Origin: an uncultured Comamonadaceae bacterium
GTDB lineage: Bacteria > Pseudomonadota > Gammaproteobacteria > Burkholderiales > Burkholderiaceae_C
NCBI GenBank assembly: GCA_963992225.1
Contig: CAXDTK010000001.1
Span: 38,164-102,163, forward strand
DNA: 64,000 nucleotides
Reading direction: 5' to 3'
In this document: piece by piece, positions 46,672-55,618 of the stretch
Layout of the letters: each line of letters begins with the position of its first letter
Position numbering within the stretch: position 1 is the first letter of the stretch
Notes under the pieces: generated by a model
The model's input: the letters and a program-made list of their open reading frames with translations, nothing else
The model's database searches: none
What the model was told of the DNA's origin: nothing
Translations under genes and position numbers: made by a program

Positions 46672-48072
46672 ATGAAAACGTCTCTCTCCCGTCTCGTACA
46701 ACGTGCCAAGCCCTACACGCTCAGCATCGCGCTCGCCTGCGCCGTCACCGCCGCGGCCGGCGTCGCGTGGGCGCAGACCCGCATCAACCCCACCGGCGTC
46801 GGCGTGAGCGGCAGCGTGATCGGCGACGACGTGCTCTACAGCATCGGCGGCGGCCGCGCCGTGTCCATGGGCGGCGCTGGGAACATGCAGAGCATCGGTG
46901 TGGGCATCGGCTGGAACAGCAACCTCATCTGCGGCGACATGAGCATCACGACGACGCTGCAGAACCAGTTGAACGGCATCACCAACGGCTTCCAGCAGAT
47001 CATGAGCAACGTGATCCAGAGCGCGACCAGCGCCGTCGCCTCGTTGCCGGCGCTGATCATCCAGCGTGCCGATCCGGGCCTCTACAACCTGCTGACCAAC
47101 GGCGTGCTGCAGGCCCGGCTCGACTTCGACCGCAGCAAGCTGACGTGCAAGGCGATGGCCAACCGGATGGCGGACATGGCGGGCGGCCAGGCGGGCTGGG
47201 ACCAGCTCGCCGAAGGTTTCGCGCTGCGCGATGCGGTGAGCAGCACCGATGCGGTCTCCGCCGTGGAGCAAGCCGAATCCAACAAGGGCAACAACGGCGT
47301 GCCCTGGGTCGGCGGCAGCAACGCGGGCGGTTCGGGACAGGGCTCGATCAAGGTGGTTGGCGACGTGACCCGCGCGGGCTACAACCTGCTGAACAGCCGC
47401 GGCGTCACGGACACCTCGTCCATCCCGCGCGCATCCTGCGGCAACCGGCTGACGTGCCAAACCTGGTCCTCGCCGCAGGCCGCCGCGGACTTCGCAACCC
47501 GTGTGCTCGGCGAGCGCGAGCAACGCACTTGCGAGACCTGCACCAAGACGCAGACCACACCCGGCGTCGGCCTGACGCCGGTGATCCAGGAAGAGTACGA
47601 GACCAAGCTGCAGGCCCTGCAGGGCCTCGTGACGGGCTCGACGCCGATGACGGTGGCGAACCTCGAAGCCGCCGGCAGCAACTCGCTGCCGATCACCCGC
47701 GGCGTGATCGAGGCGCTGCGCGACGAGCCCGATCAAGACCTGCTCGGCAAGCGCCTGGCGTCCGAGGCCGCGCTGTCGAGCGTGCTGGAGAAGGCCTTGC
47801 TGTTGCAGCGCACGCTGCTGACCGGCAAGAAGGAGCCGAACGTCGCCGCCAACGAGCTGGCAGTGAAGGCGGTCGATCAGGAGAACAACGCGCTGGACCA
47901 GGAGATCAACAACCTCAAGACCGAGCTGGAGCTGCGGCGCACGCTGGCCGGCAATTCGGCGATGGCGATCGTGCAGCGGCACGGAACGCGCGCCGCCGGT
48001 TCACGCGGGATCTTCGAGGGCGATACCACGCGCGACCGGCTCAAGGAAGTGCAGAAGCCGAGGAACAACTGA
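46672..48072 (+). CDS. PFL_4711/TIGR03755-family ICE protein
   Basis: DDVLYSIGGGRA, WNSNLICG, LIIQRADPGLYNLLTNG. Confidence 0.83.
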   Translation: MKTSLSRLVQRAKPYTLSIALACAVTAAAGVAWAQTRINPTGVGVSGSVIGDDVLYSIGGGRAVSMGGAGNMQSIGVGIGWNSNLICGDMSITTTLQNQLNGITNGFQQIMSNVIQSATSAVASLPALIIQRADPGLYNLLTNGVLQARLDFDRSKLTCKAMANRMADMAGGQAGWDQLAEGFALRDAVSSTDAVSAVEQAESNKGNNGVPWVGGSNAGGSGQGSIKVVGDVTRAGYNLLNSRGVTDTSSIPRASCGNRLTCQTWSSPQAAADFATRVLGEREQRTCETCTKTQTTPGVGLTPVIQEEYETKLQALQGLVTGSTPMTVANLEAAGSNSLPITRGVIEALRDEPDQDLLGKRLASEAALSSVLEKALLLQRTLLTGKKEPNVAANELAVKAVDQENNALDQEINNLKTELELRRTLAGNSAMAIVQRHGTRAAGSRGIFEGDTTRDRLKEVQKPRNN

Positions 48073-48431
48073 TGGTCACGCGCGCATGGACCTGGCTGCG
48101 GCCCGCCTGGTTGTTCAACCGGCGCGTGGCCGTCGCGCTGCTGTGGGTGCTGGCGGTTGCCGGCATTGCCGCGGGCGTGAACGTCGTCGGCCTGCGCGTC
48201 GTCGGCAGCATCGATGGCTGGGAGCGGTGGCTGCGCGAGCACTCGGCCCACTTCCTGATGTGGCGGCTGCTGGTCTACGCGGCCACGGCCTACGGCTGGT
48301 GGTGGATGCGTCGGCGCCTGCGCGAGCGCGAGCCTTCGCCCGAGGTGCACCAGCGCCTGCTGCGCGTCGAGATCGCGGCCGTCGTCACCCTCGTGCTGCT
48401 CGAAGGCAGCCAACTGCTGCGCAGCGGCTGA
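48072..48431 (+). CDS. Small ICE membrane protein
   Basis: Overlaps the upstream stop; hydrophobic segments; syntenic before traG. Confidence 0.7.
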   Translation: MVTRAWTWLRPAWLFNRRVAVALLWVLAVAGIAAGVNVVGLRVVGSIDGWERWLREHSAHFLMWRLLVYAATAYGWWWMRRRLREREPSPEVHQRLLRVEIAAVVTLVLLEGSQLLRSG

Positions 48432-48455
48432 ACCGCCGAAGGCGAGGAGCACGCC

Positions 48456-49976
48456 ATGACCCTCTACACGACCGACTACCTGGAGTATTACCTGACGCTC
48501 GTCGGGTGGATCGTCAACAACGGCATCTGGAACATTCTCGTGGCCAGCGGCGTGTTTGCGCTGCCCTTCGTAGTGATCGTCGTGCAGGAGTGGCTGCGCG
48601 CACGCGCCGAAGGCGCCGACGAGGGCAACAAGGGCGTGCTGTCCTCGATGCGCATTGAGAACCGCGTGTGGGTGGCGATCGTCGTCATCCTGTTCGCCGG
48701 CATCCCCTTCATCCCGGTCGATCTCAGCACGATCAAGTTCGACACAACGCGCTCGGCGCAGTGCCAGGTCAGCGTCCCGCAGCCCAACGACACGGGCTGG
48801 TCGAACGCTTACACCACGCTGAACAACCAGAGCGCATTGGTGCCGGTGTGGTGGTTCTTTATGCACTCGATCTCGAAGGCGGTGACGGGCGGCGCGGTAG
48901 CGGCGATCCCCTGCGGCACGGACCTGCGGCAGATGCGCATGGACGTGGACGCCACGCGCATCGATGACCCGGTGCTGGCCCAGGAGGTCGGCGACTTCGT
49001 GCACGACTGCTACGGGCCGTCGCGGGCCAAGCTGTTCATGAGCCGGCCCACGCTTTCCGACGAGCAGATGAACGACGTCACCTGGATCGGGTCGAGCTAC
49101 TTCTTGGGCAACACGGGCTTCTACGACACGTACCACTCCAACACGCCCCGCACGGCCTGGCCCTACGACGCGACACGCGATGCGGGGCTGGCCCAGGTGG
49201 ACAGCGGCGGGGGCTACCCCACATGCCGGCAGTGGTGGTCAGACGGCAACAGCGGCCTGCGCGCGCGCCTGCTGGCCCAGGTCGATCCGGACCTGTTGAC
49301 GCGCATCGGCCGCTGGGCGGGCTTCCTGTCACAGGCGGAGATGAACGACTCGGTGATCCGGGCCGTGGTGTCGCCGCGGCAGCAGAAGATGAACCAGGGT
49401 TCGGTCTACACCGACTACGGCGGGCAGATCGAGAAGACGCTGCCCAACATCGTGACGCGCGGCGCCGGCGACCTCGGGATGACGATGGGCTCGCTCGGCT
49501 TCTTCCCGGCGATGGACGTAGTGCGCCAGGCGCTGCCGATGGTGCTGTCACTGCTCAAGATGGCGCTGGTCGTCTGCATCCCGCTGGTGCTGGTCTTCGG
49601 CACCTACGAGCTGAAGGCGCTGGTCGCGGTGAGCTGTGTGCAATTCGCGCTGTTCTTCGTGGACTTCTGGTTCCAGCTCGCGCGCTGGCTCGACTCCACC
49701 ATCCTCGATGCGCTCTACGGCTGGGGGTTCGGCGCAAACCGGCCACACAGCAACTTCGATCCGCTGATCGGGCTGAACAACGCCTTCGGAGACATGCTGC
49801 TGAACTTCGTGATGGCGACGATGTTTCTTGTGCTTCCCAGCTTGTGGGTCACTGCACTCGGTTGGGTGGGCGTTCGCGTGGGCGGCGCGCTTCAGGGCTT
49901 GGCCAACGGGACCAGGGAAGCCGGTCAAGCAGGCAGCAGGGGTTCAAACATGCTGATCAGCGCCGCCAAGAAGTAG
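48456..49976 (+). CDS. traG: TraG N-terminal-domain conjugation protein
   Basis: DYLEYYLTLVGW, LVPVWW, FWFQLARWLDS. Confidence 0.85.
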   Translation: MTLYTTDYLEYYLTLVGWIVNNGIWNILVASGVFALPFVVIVVQEWLRARAEGADEGNKGVLSSMRIENRVWVAIVVILFAGIPFIPVDLSTIKFDTTRSAQCQVSVPQPNDTGWSNAYTTLNNQSALVPVWWFFMHSISKAVTGGAVAAIPCGTDLRQMRMDVDATRIDDPVLAQEVGDFVHDCYGPSRAKLFMSRPTLSDEQMNDVTWIGSSYFLGNTGFYDTYHSNTPRTAWPYDATRDAGLAQVDSGGGYPTCRQWWSDGNSGLRARLLAQVDPDLLTRIGRWAGFLSQAEMNDSVIRAVVSPRQQKMNQGSVYTDYGGQIEKTLPNIVTRGAGDLGMTMGSLGFFPAMDVVRQALPMVLSLLKMALVVCIPLVLVFGTYELKALVAVSCVQFALFFVDFWFQLARWLDSTILDALYGWGFGANRPHSNFDPLIGLNNAFGDMLLNFVMATMFLVLPSLWVTALGWVGVRVGGALQGLANGTREAGQAGSRGSNMLISAAKK

Positions 49977-49995
49977 CTCGGGCCACGGATCTGCA

Positions 49996-50370
49996 TCAGT
50001 CGTCTTTGAATCGAGGGTCTGGATCATCGTCGTAAGACGCCGGGTGATAGAACAGGCCCTGACGGTGATCGACTTCCTCCGCTTTACGACCGAGAAAGTC
50101 AGAATCATCTTCGTCGTGGTCTGGTCGCGCCATCCACGCTACGGCCGCCAGACCAAGGATTAGCAGGGCCAGCCAGAACGCGCTGTAGAGCAACACAGCA
50201 AGGACAGCGAGCTTGACGACCAGCAACACGGTCTTGGCAGCGCCAGGCGCCCATCCGCGAGAGAGCAGCCAACCATTGGCCCGCCGATCTAGACGCGCAC
50301 AGCCTCGCCAGGCCCGACCCAGCGTGTGGCCGAGGCGTTCTGCGAAGGTGGTCTGTGCGGCGGTCTTCAC
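49996..50370 (-). CDS. DUF3742-family membrane protein
   Basis: GTG start after GAGG; TFAERLGHTLGRAWR, TM VVKLAVLAVLLYSAFWLALL, acidic tail; convergent on traG. Confidence 0.75.
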   Translation of the reverse strand: MKTAAQTTFAERLGHTLGRAWRGCARLDRRANGWLLSRGWAPGAAKTVLLVVKLAVLAVLLYSAFWLALLILGLAAVAWMARPDHDEDDSDFLGRKAEEVDHRQGLFYHPASYDDDPDPRFKDD

Positions 50371-50443
50371 GGTGGCTACCTCATGGTCGTCCTGTGCGCT
50401 GCTCGTTTGATTGAATCCTGCATGGGTTTTCAAATCATGGTGG

Positions 50444-50472
50444 AAATTATGTGCAATATCTAATCATGCCAA
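50444..50472 (-). promoter_or_regulatory. sigma70-like promoter for DUF3742 gene
   Basis: Minus strand TTGGCA-N17-TAATTT in an AT-rich patch. Confidence 0.55.
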
Positions 50473-50479
50473 ACGCCAA

Positions 50480-52195
50480 CCTGAATCCGTGGCCCCACCT
50501 CGTAGAACAGCACACCCTGCGGGTGAGCTGCGCAGGAGTTGAGTCCGGGATTGAGGTTGGGATTGCCGGGGTCGCCCGACAATTGGGCGATGCGCCGAAT
50601 CGAAGTCAAGCAACTGGATTACGACCTGACGCCCGTTGGCGGGCTGGCCTTGGTGGGCCACTACCTGAAGGCGCTGGGGCCGCAGTGGACGGCGCTGGAG
50701 CGGGCGCTGCCGGTGCGCGCCGGCGTGAGCAACAGCGACGTGTTGCGCAGCTACCTGGGGCTGCTGGCGCAGGGCAAGAGCGACTTCGACGCGGTGGAGA
50801 ACTACCGGGGTGACAAGTTTTTCAAGGAATCGCTGGGCATAGGGCTGCTGCCGTCGAGCCCAACGCTGCGCCAGCGCCTGGACGGGCAAGCCCAGGCCTT
50901 GTTCGAGCATGTGCCCGGGATGATTGAGCGGCTGCTGGGCAGCCAGCGGCCCGACTACGGCGTGCTGCCCTGCGGCTGGTTGCCGCTGGACGTGGACACC
51001 TTCGCGATGGACAACGGCGGCACGCGCAAGGAAGGCGTGGGGCGCACCTACGCCGGGGTGGACGGCTACTGCCCGCTGGCGGCCTATCTGGGCGCACACG
51101 GCTTCTGCCTGGAATTGGCGCTGCGCCCTGGCGTGCAGCACTCGGCGCGTGAGACCGACTTCAACCTCGAACGAGTGATCCCGATGGCCCAGCGCCTGAG
51201 CGCGGGCGGACCGAAGGCGCCGATCCTGGCGCGGCTGGACGCCGGCTTCGACTCGGTCGCGCTGATGCGCAGCATCGAGGCCTGCAACCAGGCCGGGCAG
51301 CCGCAGGTGGACTGGCTGATCAAGTGGAACCCACGCAGCGTGGACCGCGCCGCGCTGCTGGCGCGGCTGGACGTCGACGCCAACACCCAGTGGCACCAGC
51401 CGCGCGAAGGCAAGCGCGTGACGGTGTGGGAAGAGGCCCTGCAGATCGAAGACATCAGCCGACCACTGCGTCGCGTGCTCAGGCTGGTCGAGCGCACCAT
51501 TGACCGACACGGCCAACAGTTGATCGTTCCCGAGATCGACCTCGAAGGCTGGAGCACCAGCCTGAGTGCAGAGCCGTTCAACGCCGAGAAGATCATCGCG
51601 CTGTACGCCGACCACGGCACACACGAGCAGTTCCACGCCGAGTTCAAGACCGACCTGGACCTGGAGCGGCTGCCTTCGGGCAAGTTCGACACCAACTACC
51701 TTGTGTGCCAGCTCGCGGCGCTGGCGATGGACATCCTGCGCCTGATGGGCCAGCGCGGCCTGCTGGGGCCGGATGCACCGGTGCGCCACGCGGCCAAACG
51801 CAGGCGCATCAAGACGGTGATACAGGAGTTGATCTACCGCGCAGGCCGGATCATCGAGAGCGGGCGCAGACTGATCCTGGGACTGGGCGCCAACGACCGG
51901 GCGGCCCAGGCATTCGAGCGGCTCAACGGCGAGCTGTTTGCTGCAGCCTGCGGCTGAAGCGAAGAGGCCTGGTGCCAGGCGAGCCCACTCACGGATCCCG
52001 AAATACGCGCACCGCGCACGTTGCGGCGTGGTCGATGCAGCGGGAACAGCGGCCAGACCCGCATCCGACGCGCCGCGCACGCAACTAAACGCCACGAGGC
52101 GACCGAATTGAGCACCGTCGGCGTGGAAAACAACGCTGTTCATGGCCGGCGTACGACGAACTCGCTCAGGCGGGTATCGGGGTCACGGATTCAGG
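50480..52195 (+). mobile_element. IS1380-family insertion sequence
   Basis: IRs CCTGAATCCGTGGCCCC (50480-50496) and GGGGTCACGGATTCAGG (52179-52195), 16/17 match; 5-bp TSD GCCAA (50475-50479 / 52196-52200). Confidence 0.92.
50590..51957 (+). CDS. IS1380-family transposase
   Basis: PLDVDTF, GYCPL, ARLDAGFDS, YADHGTHEQFHAEFK, FDTNYL. Confidence 0.9.
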   Translation: MRRIEVKQLDYDLTPVGGLALVGHYLKALGPQWTALERALPVRAGVSNSDVLRSYLGLLAQGKSDFDAVENYRGDKFFKESLGIGLLPSSPTLRQRLDGQAQALFEHVPGMIERLLGSQRPDYGVLPCGWLPLDVDTFAMDNGGTRKEGVGRTYAGVDGYCPLAAYLGAHGFCLELALRPGVQHSARETDFNLERVIPMAQRLSAGGPKAPILARLDAGFDSVALMRSIEACNQAGQPQVDWLIKWNPRSVDRAALLARLDVDANTQWHQPREGKRVTVWEEALQIEDISRPLRRVLRLVERTIDRHGQQLIVPEIDLEGWSTSLSAEPFNAEKIIALYADHGTHEQFHAEFKTDLDLERLPSGKFDTNYLVCQLAALAMDILRLMGQRGLLGPDAPVRHAAKRRRIKTVIQELIYRAGRIIESGRRLILGLGANDRAAQAFERLNGELFAAACG

Positions 52196-52213
52196 GCCAA
52201 GGCAAGCGGCGTG

Positions 52214-52678
52214 TCAGCCTTTGTGCTGGCCCAGCCAATCGGCTTTGCTCGCTGCCACCAGCGCCGCCCAATCGTCCGGCGGGTTGCCGCGTCCCAGCAT
52301 CTTCTCGAACACGGCGTAGGGGTCGGACTTGCTGCCCGCCGACCGCAAGGTCTGCTCGTCGTTGACCCAGGCGTACACGATGACCTTCGCCTTCGAGTCG
52401 TAGCGGAAGAACAGCCGATACCGTCGTCCGAGCTTGGCTCGCCGCCAGTGGCGATAGTCCGGTCCCATGGTGTTGCCCTGACGATACTCGTCGCGTGCCG
52501 GATCGCTCGGCACCACGTCTTGCATCAATTGCACCAAGGCCCGGAAGAACTTGACGTTGGCGTTGGACGCAAAGCCTTCCGAGTCGTTCTCTTGCGCACG
52601 CAGCACGGCTGCGCGCAGCTTCATCAACTGCTCGATCAGGTTATCGTGAAACAGCAGCGTCCAGCCATGCTGCTGCAT
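52214..52678 (-). CDS. yhaV: YhaV-family type II toxin
   Basis: HGWTLLFH, YRQGNTMGPDYRHWRRAK, RLFFRYDS, AWVNDEQTLR, DPYAVF. Confidence 0.88.
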   Translation of the reverse strand: MQQHGWTLLFHDNLIEQLMKLRAAVLRAQENDSEGFASNANVKFFRALVQLMQDVVPSDPARDEYRQGNTMGPDYRHWRRAKLGRRYRLFFRYDSKAKVIVYAWVNDEQTLRSAGSKSDPYAVFEKMLGRGNPPDDWAALVAASKADWLGQHKG

Positions 52679-52995
52679 CAGATTTCCACGTCCTCATCGA
52701 AGTCATCGCCCAAGACAACCTTGTGGCCTGCATGCTCCAGCATCGTGCGAGCCAAATCCTCGGGCAGGCCGCGGATGTTCCGGCCAGCCTCGATGTCGTG
52801 AGCCAGCAGGGTCAGGAACGCGGCGATGGCAGGGTCTTCATGCTCGGCATCGGCACGGGTCACGACCACTTCGCCGCCGCGAAGGTCGAACGCCACCTTG
52901 CCGCCGGTGTCCACGCCCAGCACCTGCCGGATGGACTTGGGCAGCGTGATCTGACCCTTGGAGGTCAGCGTCGCGACTTCGTGGATTTCGGGCAT
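52678..52995 (-). CDS. prlF: PrlF/AbrB-family antitoxin
   Basis: ATLTSKGQITLPKSIRQVLG AbrB fold, EDPAIAAFLTLLAHDI; overlaps toxin start. Confidence 0.88.
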   Translation of the reverse strand: MPEIHEVATLTSKGQITLPKSIRQVLGVDTGGKVAFDLRGGEVVVTRADAEHEDPAIAAFLTLLAHDIEAGRNIRGLPEDLARTMLEHAGHKVVLGDDFDEDVEI

Positions 52996-53025
52996 GGCGG
53001 CACTCCTGATGGCAATGCCTGGATG

Positions 53026-53043
53026 GTAAGGAAGTTTCCTTAC
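53026..53043. promoter_or_regulatory. Inverted-repeat operator of the TA operon
   Basis: GTAAGGAA-GT-TTCCTTAC about 30 bp upstream of prlF. Confidence 0.7.
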
Positions 53044-53309
53044 GCTGTCAATGTGAGGGCGCATAGTGCTGTTTCCGGGTGTATGAATCCAGCTCCATCG
53101 TAGGGACGGCACAGCCAGCCTTCCCGCATCAATCCGCCTTGGGCCAGGCCCGCATTGGTTGTGGCTGGCTCGCCTCGGTTGCCCTATATCCAAAGGCTTC
53201 CAAAAGGCCAAAGGGCTGGGGAAGGGGCAAGGGAATGGGGCCAAGGGGAATGGCCCTACCCGAAAAGGCCAAAAGGCTCTCCCGACCCGCCCGCCGTCCG
53301 GGGTTCGCC

Positions 53310-55166
53310 ATGCTCTCGCTGTTCCAACGCAAACGGCCGCCGTCTACCTCTGGCGCCGCGCCGACACCCACACCTCCCGCCAATCCCGGCAAAGGGCTGA
53401 TGCGGCCGGAGCCGGCCGCATCGCTGCTGGCGACACCACGCCGGCAGCGGCTGCTGGAACACATCTGGCAGCGCACCTCGCTATCGCGCCGCCAGTTCGC
53501 CACGCTGTATCTCGGCCCGCTGGAGCGCTACGCCGAACTGGTCCAGCAGTTCCCGGCGTCCGAATCGCATCACCATGCCTATCCGGGTGGCATGCTGGAC
53601 CATGGCCTAGAGATCGTCGCCTACGCCCTGAAGCTGCGGCAGTCGCACCTGCTGCCCGCCGGCACCACGCCGGAGGCACAAGCGGCCCAGGCCGAAGCCT
53701 GGACGGCCGGCACCGCCTATGCGGCGCTGTTGCACGACGTTGGCAAGGTCGCCGTCGATCTGCACGTGGAGTATGCGGACGGCACGGTCTGGCATCCCTG
53801 GCACGGCCCGCTGCGGCGGCCGTACCGCTTCCGCTATCGCAAGGAGCGCGAGTACCGGCTGCACAGCGCCGCCACCGGACTGCTCTACGCCCGGCTGCTC
53901 GATCCAGGCATCTTCGACTGGCTCGCCGACTACCCCGACCTGTGGGCCGCGCTCCTGTACGTGCTGGCCGGCCAGTACGAGCACGCTGGCACGCTCGGCG
54001 AGTTGGTCGTGCAGGCCGACCAGGCCTCGGTAGCCCAGGAACTCGGCGGCGATCCCAGCAAGGCACTGGCGGCACCCAAGCACGCCCTGCAGCGCAAGCT
54101 GCTCGATGGCCTGCGCTTCCTGCTGCGCGAGGAATTCAAGCTGAACCAGCCCCAGGCTTCGGACGGCTGGCTGACCCAGGATGCATTGTGGCTGGTGAGC
54201 AAGACCGTCTCGGACAAGCTGCGCGCTCATCTGCTGCAGCAAGGCATCGACGGCATCCCGGTCAGCAACACGGCGGTGTTCAACGTGTTGCAGGACCACG
54301 GCATCGCTTTGCCCACGCCGGACGGCAAGGCGATCTGGAAGGCCACGGTCGCGAGTGATGCCGGCTGGTCGCACAGCTTCACGTTCCTGAAGCTCTCGCC
54401 CGCGCTGATTTGGGAGGCGACCGAGCGTCCCGAGCCCTTCGCAGGACAGGTGCGGGTCGAACAAGAACAGGGCGAACCGGCGCAGCAGAGTCCCGCGCCC
54501 GGTACGCCCTACGTTGCGCAAGGACCGGCGCTGGCAAGCACGGCGCCGCTTGCGCCCGCGGACAACGGCGTCGGTGCGCTGCTCGATCTGCTGGACGCGA
54601 TACCCGCCGCCTCGGTGCTACCGAGCGTGCCCGAGTTGGCGGCCGACACCGAGGACGAAGCTGTCGTTGCTGCGGTAGCCCCCACAGCTTCGGTCGCGCC
54701 CGTCGCGCAGCCCCAGCGCCGGGCCGAGCCTCCCAGCGAGGACTTCATGGCCTGGCTGACTCAGGGCGTGCAGACCCACAAGCTCATCATCAACGATGCC
54801 AAGGCCCTGGTGCATACCGTCGTCGGCACGGCCTACTTGGTCAGCCCCGGCGTCTTCCAGCGCTACGCGCAGGAACATCCGCACGTTGCGACCGTCGCCC
54901 GGCAGGAGAAGCTGGAGGCATGGCAGTGGGTGCAGAAGCGCTTCGAGAAGCTGGGGCAGCACCGCAAGCAGGCTAGCGGACTCAACATCTGGGCTTGCGA
55001 GGTCACGGGGCCGCGCAAGACTCGGCGGCTACACGGCTACCTGCTGGCCAACCCCGGCGCACTGTTCGGGGAAATACCGCCTGACAACCCATATCTAAGC
55101 CTCGCCAGCGAAGCCCCGAAGCGCAAAAATTCCCCAGGTAAGCGCGATACCGATAGCGAGCAGTAG
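53310..55166 (+). CDS. traI: MobH-family relaxase (TraI_2)
   Basis: PASESHHHAYPGGMLDHGLE, ALLHDVGK HD motif, C-terminal YLVSPGVFQRY domain. Confidence 0.92.
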   Translation: MLSLFQRKRPPSTSGAAPTPTPPANPGKGLMRPEPAASLLATPRRQRLLEHIWQRTSLSRRQFATLYLGPLERYAELVQQFPASESHHHAYPGGMLDHGLEIVAYALKLRQSHLLPAGTTPEAQAAQAEAWTAGTAYAALLHDVGKVAVDLHVEYADGTVWHPWHGPLRRPYRFRYRKEREYRLHSAATGLLYARLLDPGIFDWLADYPDLWAALLYVLAGQYEHAGTLGELVVQADQASVAQELGGDPSKALAAPKHALQRKLLDGLRFLLREEFKLNQPQASDGWLTQDALWLVSKTVSDKLRAHLLQQGIDGIPVSNTAVFNVLQDHGIALPTPDGKAIWKATVASDAGWSHSFTFLKLSPALIWEATERPEPFAGQVRVEQEQGEPAQQSPAPGTPYVAQGPALASTAPLAPADNGVGALLDLLDAIPAASVLPSVPELAADTEDEAVVAAVAPTASVAPVAQPQRRAEPPSEDFMAWLTQGVQTHKLIINDAKALVHTVVGTAYLVSPGVFQRYAQEHPHVATVARQEKLEAWQWVQKRFEKLGQHRKQASGLNIWACEVTGPRKTRRLHGYLLANPGALFGEIPPDNPYLSLASEAPKRKNSPGKRDTDSEQ

Positions 55167-55197
55167 GGATAGGGCACGGCCGCGCGTCGGGCCGACT

Positions 55198-55500
55198 TCA
55201 ATCCTCGGACTTGGAAGCCGGTTCGGCCAGCTTGGCCTCGGTCAAGGCCATCAAGTGGGCAGAACTGCACTTCAGCGCGCGGGCGATCTTGAGGATCAGG
55301 GGGAGTGTGGGGACATGCTCGCCGCGCTCGATCTTTCCCATGTGCGAGCGTTCGATGCCGGCCATGTGAGCCAGCGTTTCCTGGGCGATGCCCTGGCTGG
55401 TTCTCTCATGGCGAACGGCGGCCCCAAACGCGATGGCAGGTTCTGCTTCGTAGGTGGTCGTGCCGCTCGGTCGGCCTCTCTGAATCGGACGCTTCTGCAT
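55198..55500 (-). CDS. XRE-family HTH regulator
   Basis: FGAAVRHERTSQGIAQETLAHMAGIERSHMGKIERGEHVPTL. Confidence 0.85.
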   Translation of the reverse strand: MQKRPIQRGRPSGTTTYEAEPAIAFGAAVRHERTSQGIAQETLAHMAGIERSHMGKIERGEHVPTLPLILKIARALKCSSAHLMALTEAKLAEPASKSED

Positions 55501-55618
55501 TAGCAAAAGCGTCGGGCATGGCTCCGATATAAACCACGTTAAACTTAACTCAGATGGACGGCTGCACGGTTCATGCTTTCGTCGCCACCAGCTTTCTACC
55601 CTGGGAGGATGCAGCTCC

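Larger units (their letters stand above)
2653..55500. mobile_element. ICEclc/PFGI-1-class integrative conjugative element core (true ends not visible)
   Basis: Co-oriented syntenic set of alpA, parA, parB, DUF2857, STY4528-like, ssb, topB, MTase, helicase, pilL, T4CP, RAQPRD protein, VirB4-like ATPase, traG-N and MobH relaxase. Confidence 0.95.

Noticed and set aside
53079-53309. 77-aa N-terminal extension of the relaxase (and similar extensions of parB, DUF2857, virB4 and others in the ORF track)
   Set aside because: Low-complexity translation of regulatory DNA; downstream ATGs match family starts or have an RBS or translational coupling.
55160-55176. GTAGGGATAG near the relaxase stop as a fourth palindrome copy
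   Set aside because: Only a partial half-site; no symmetry.
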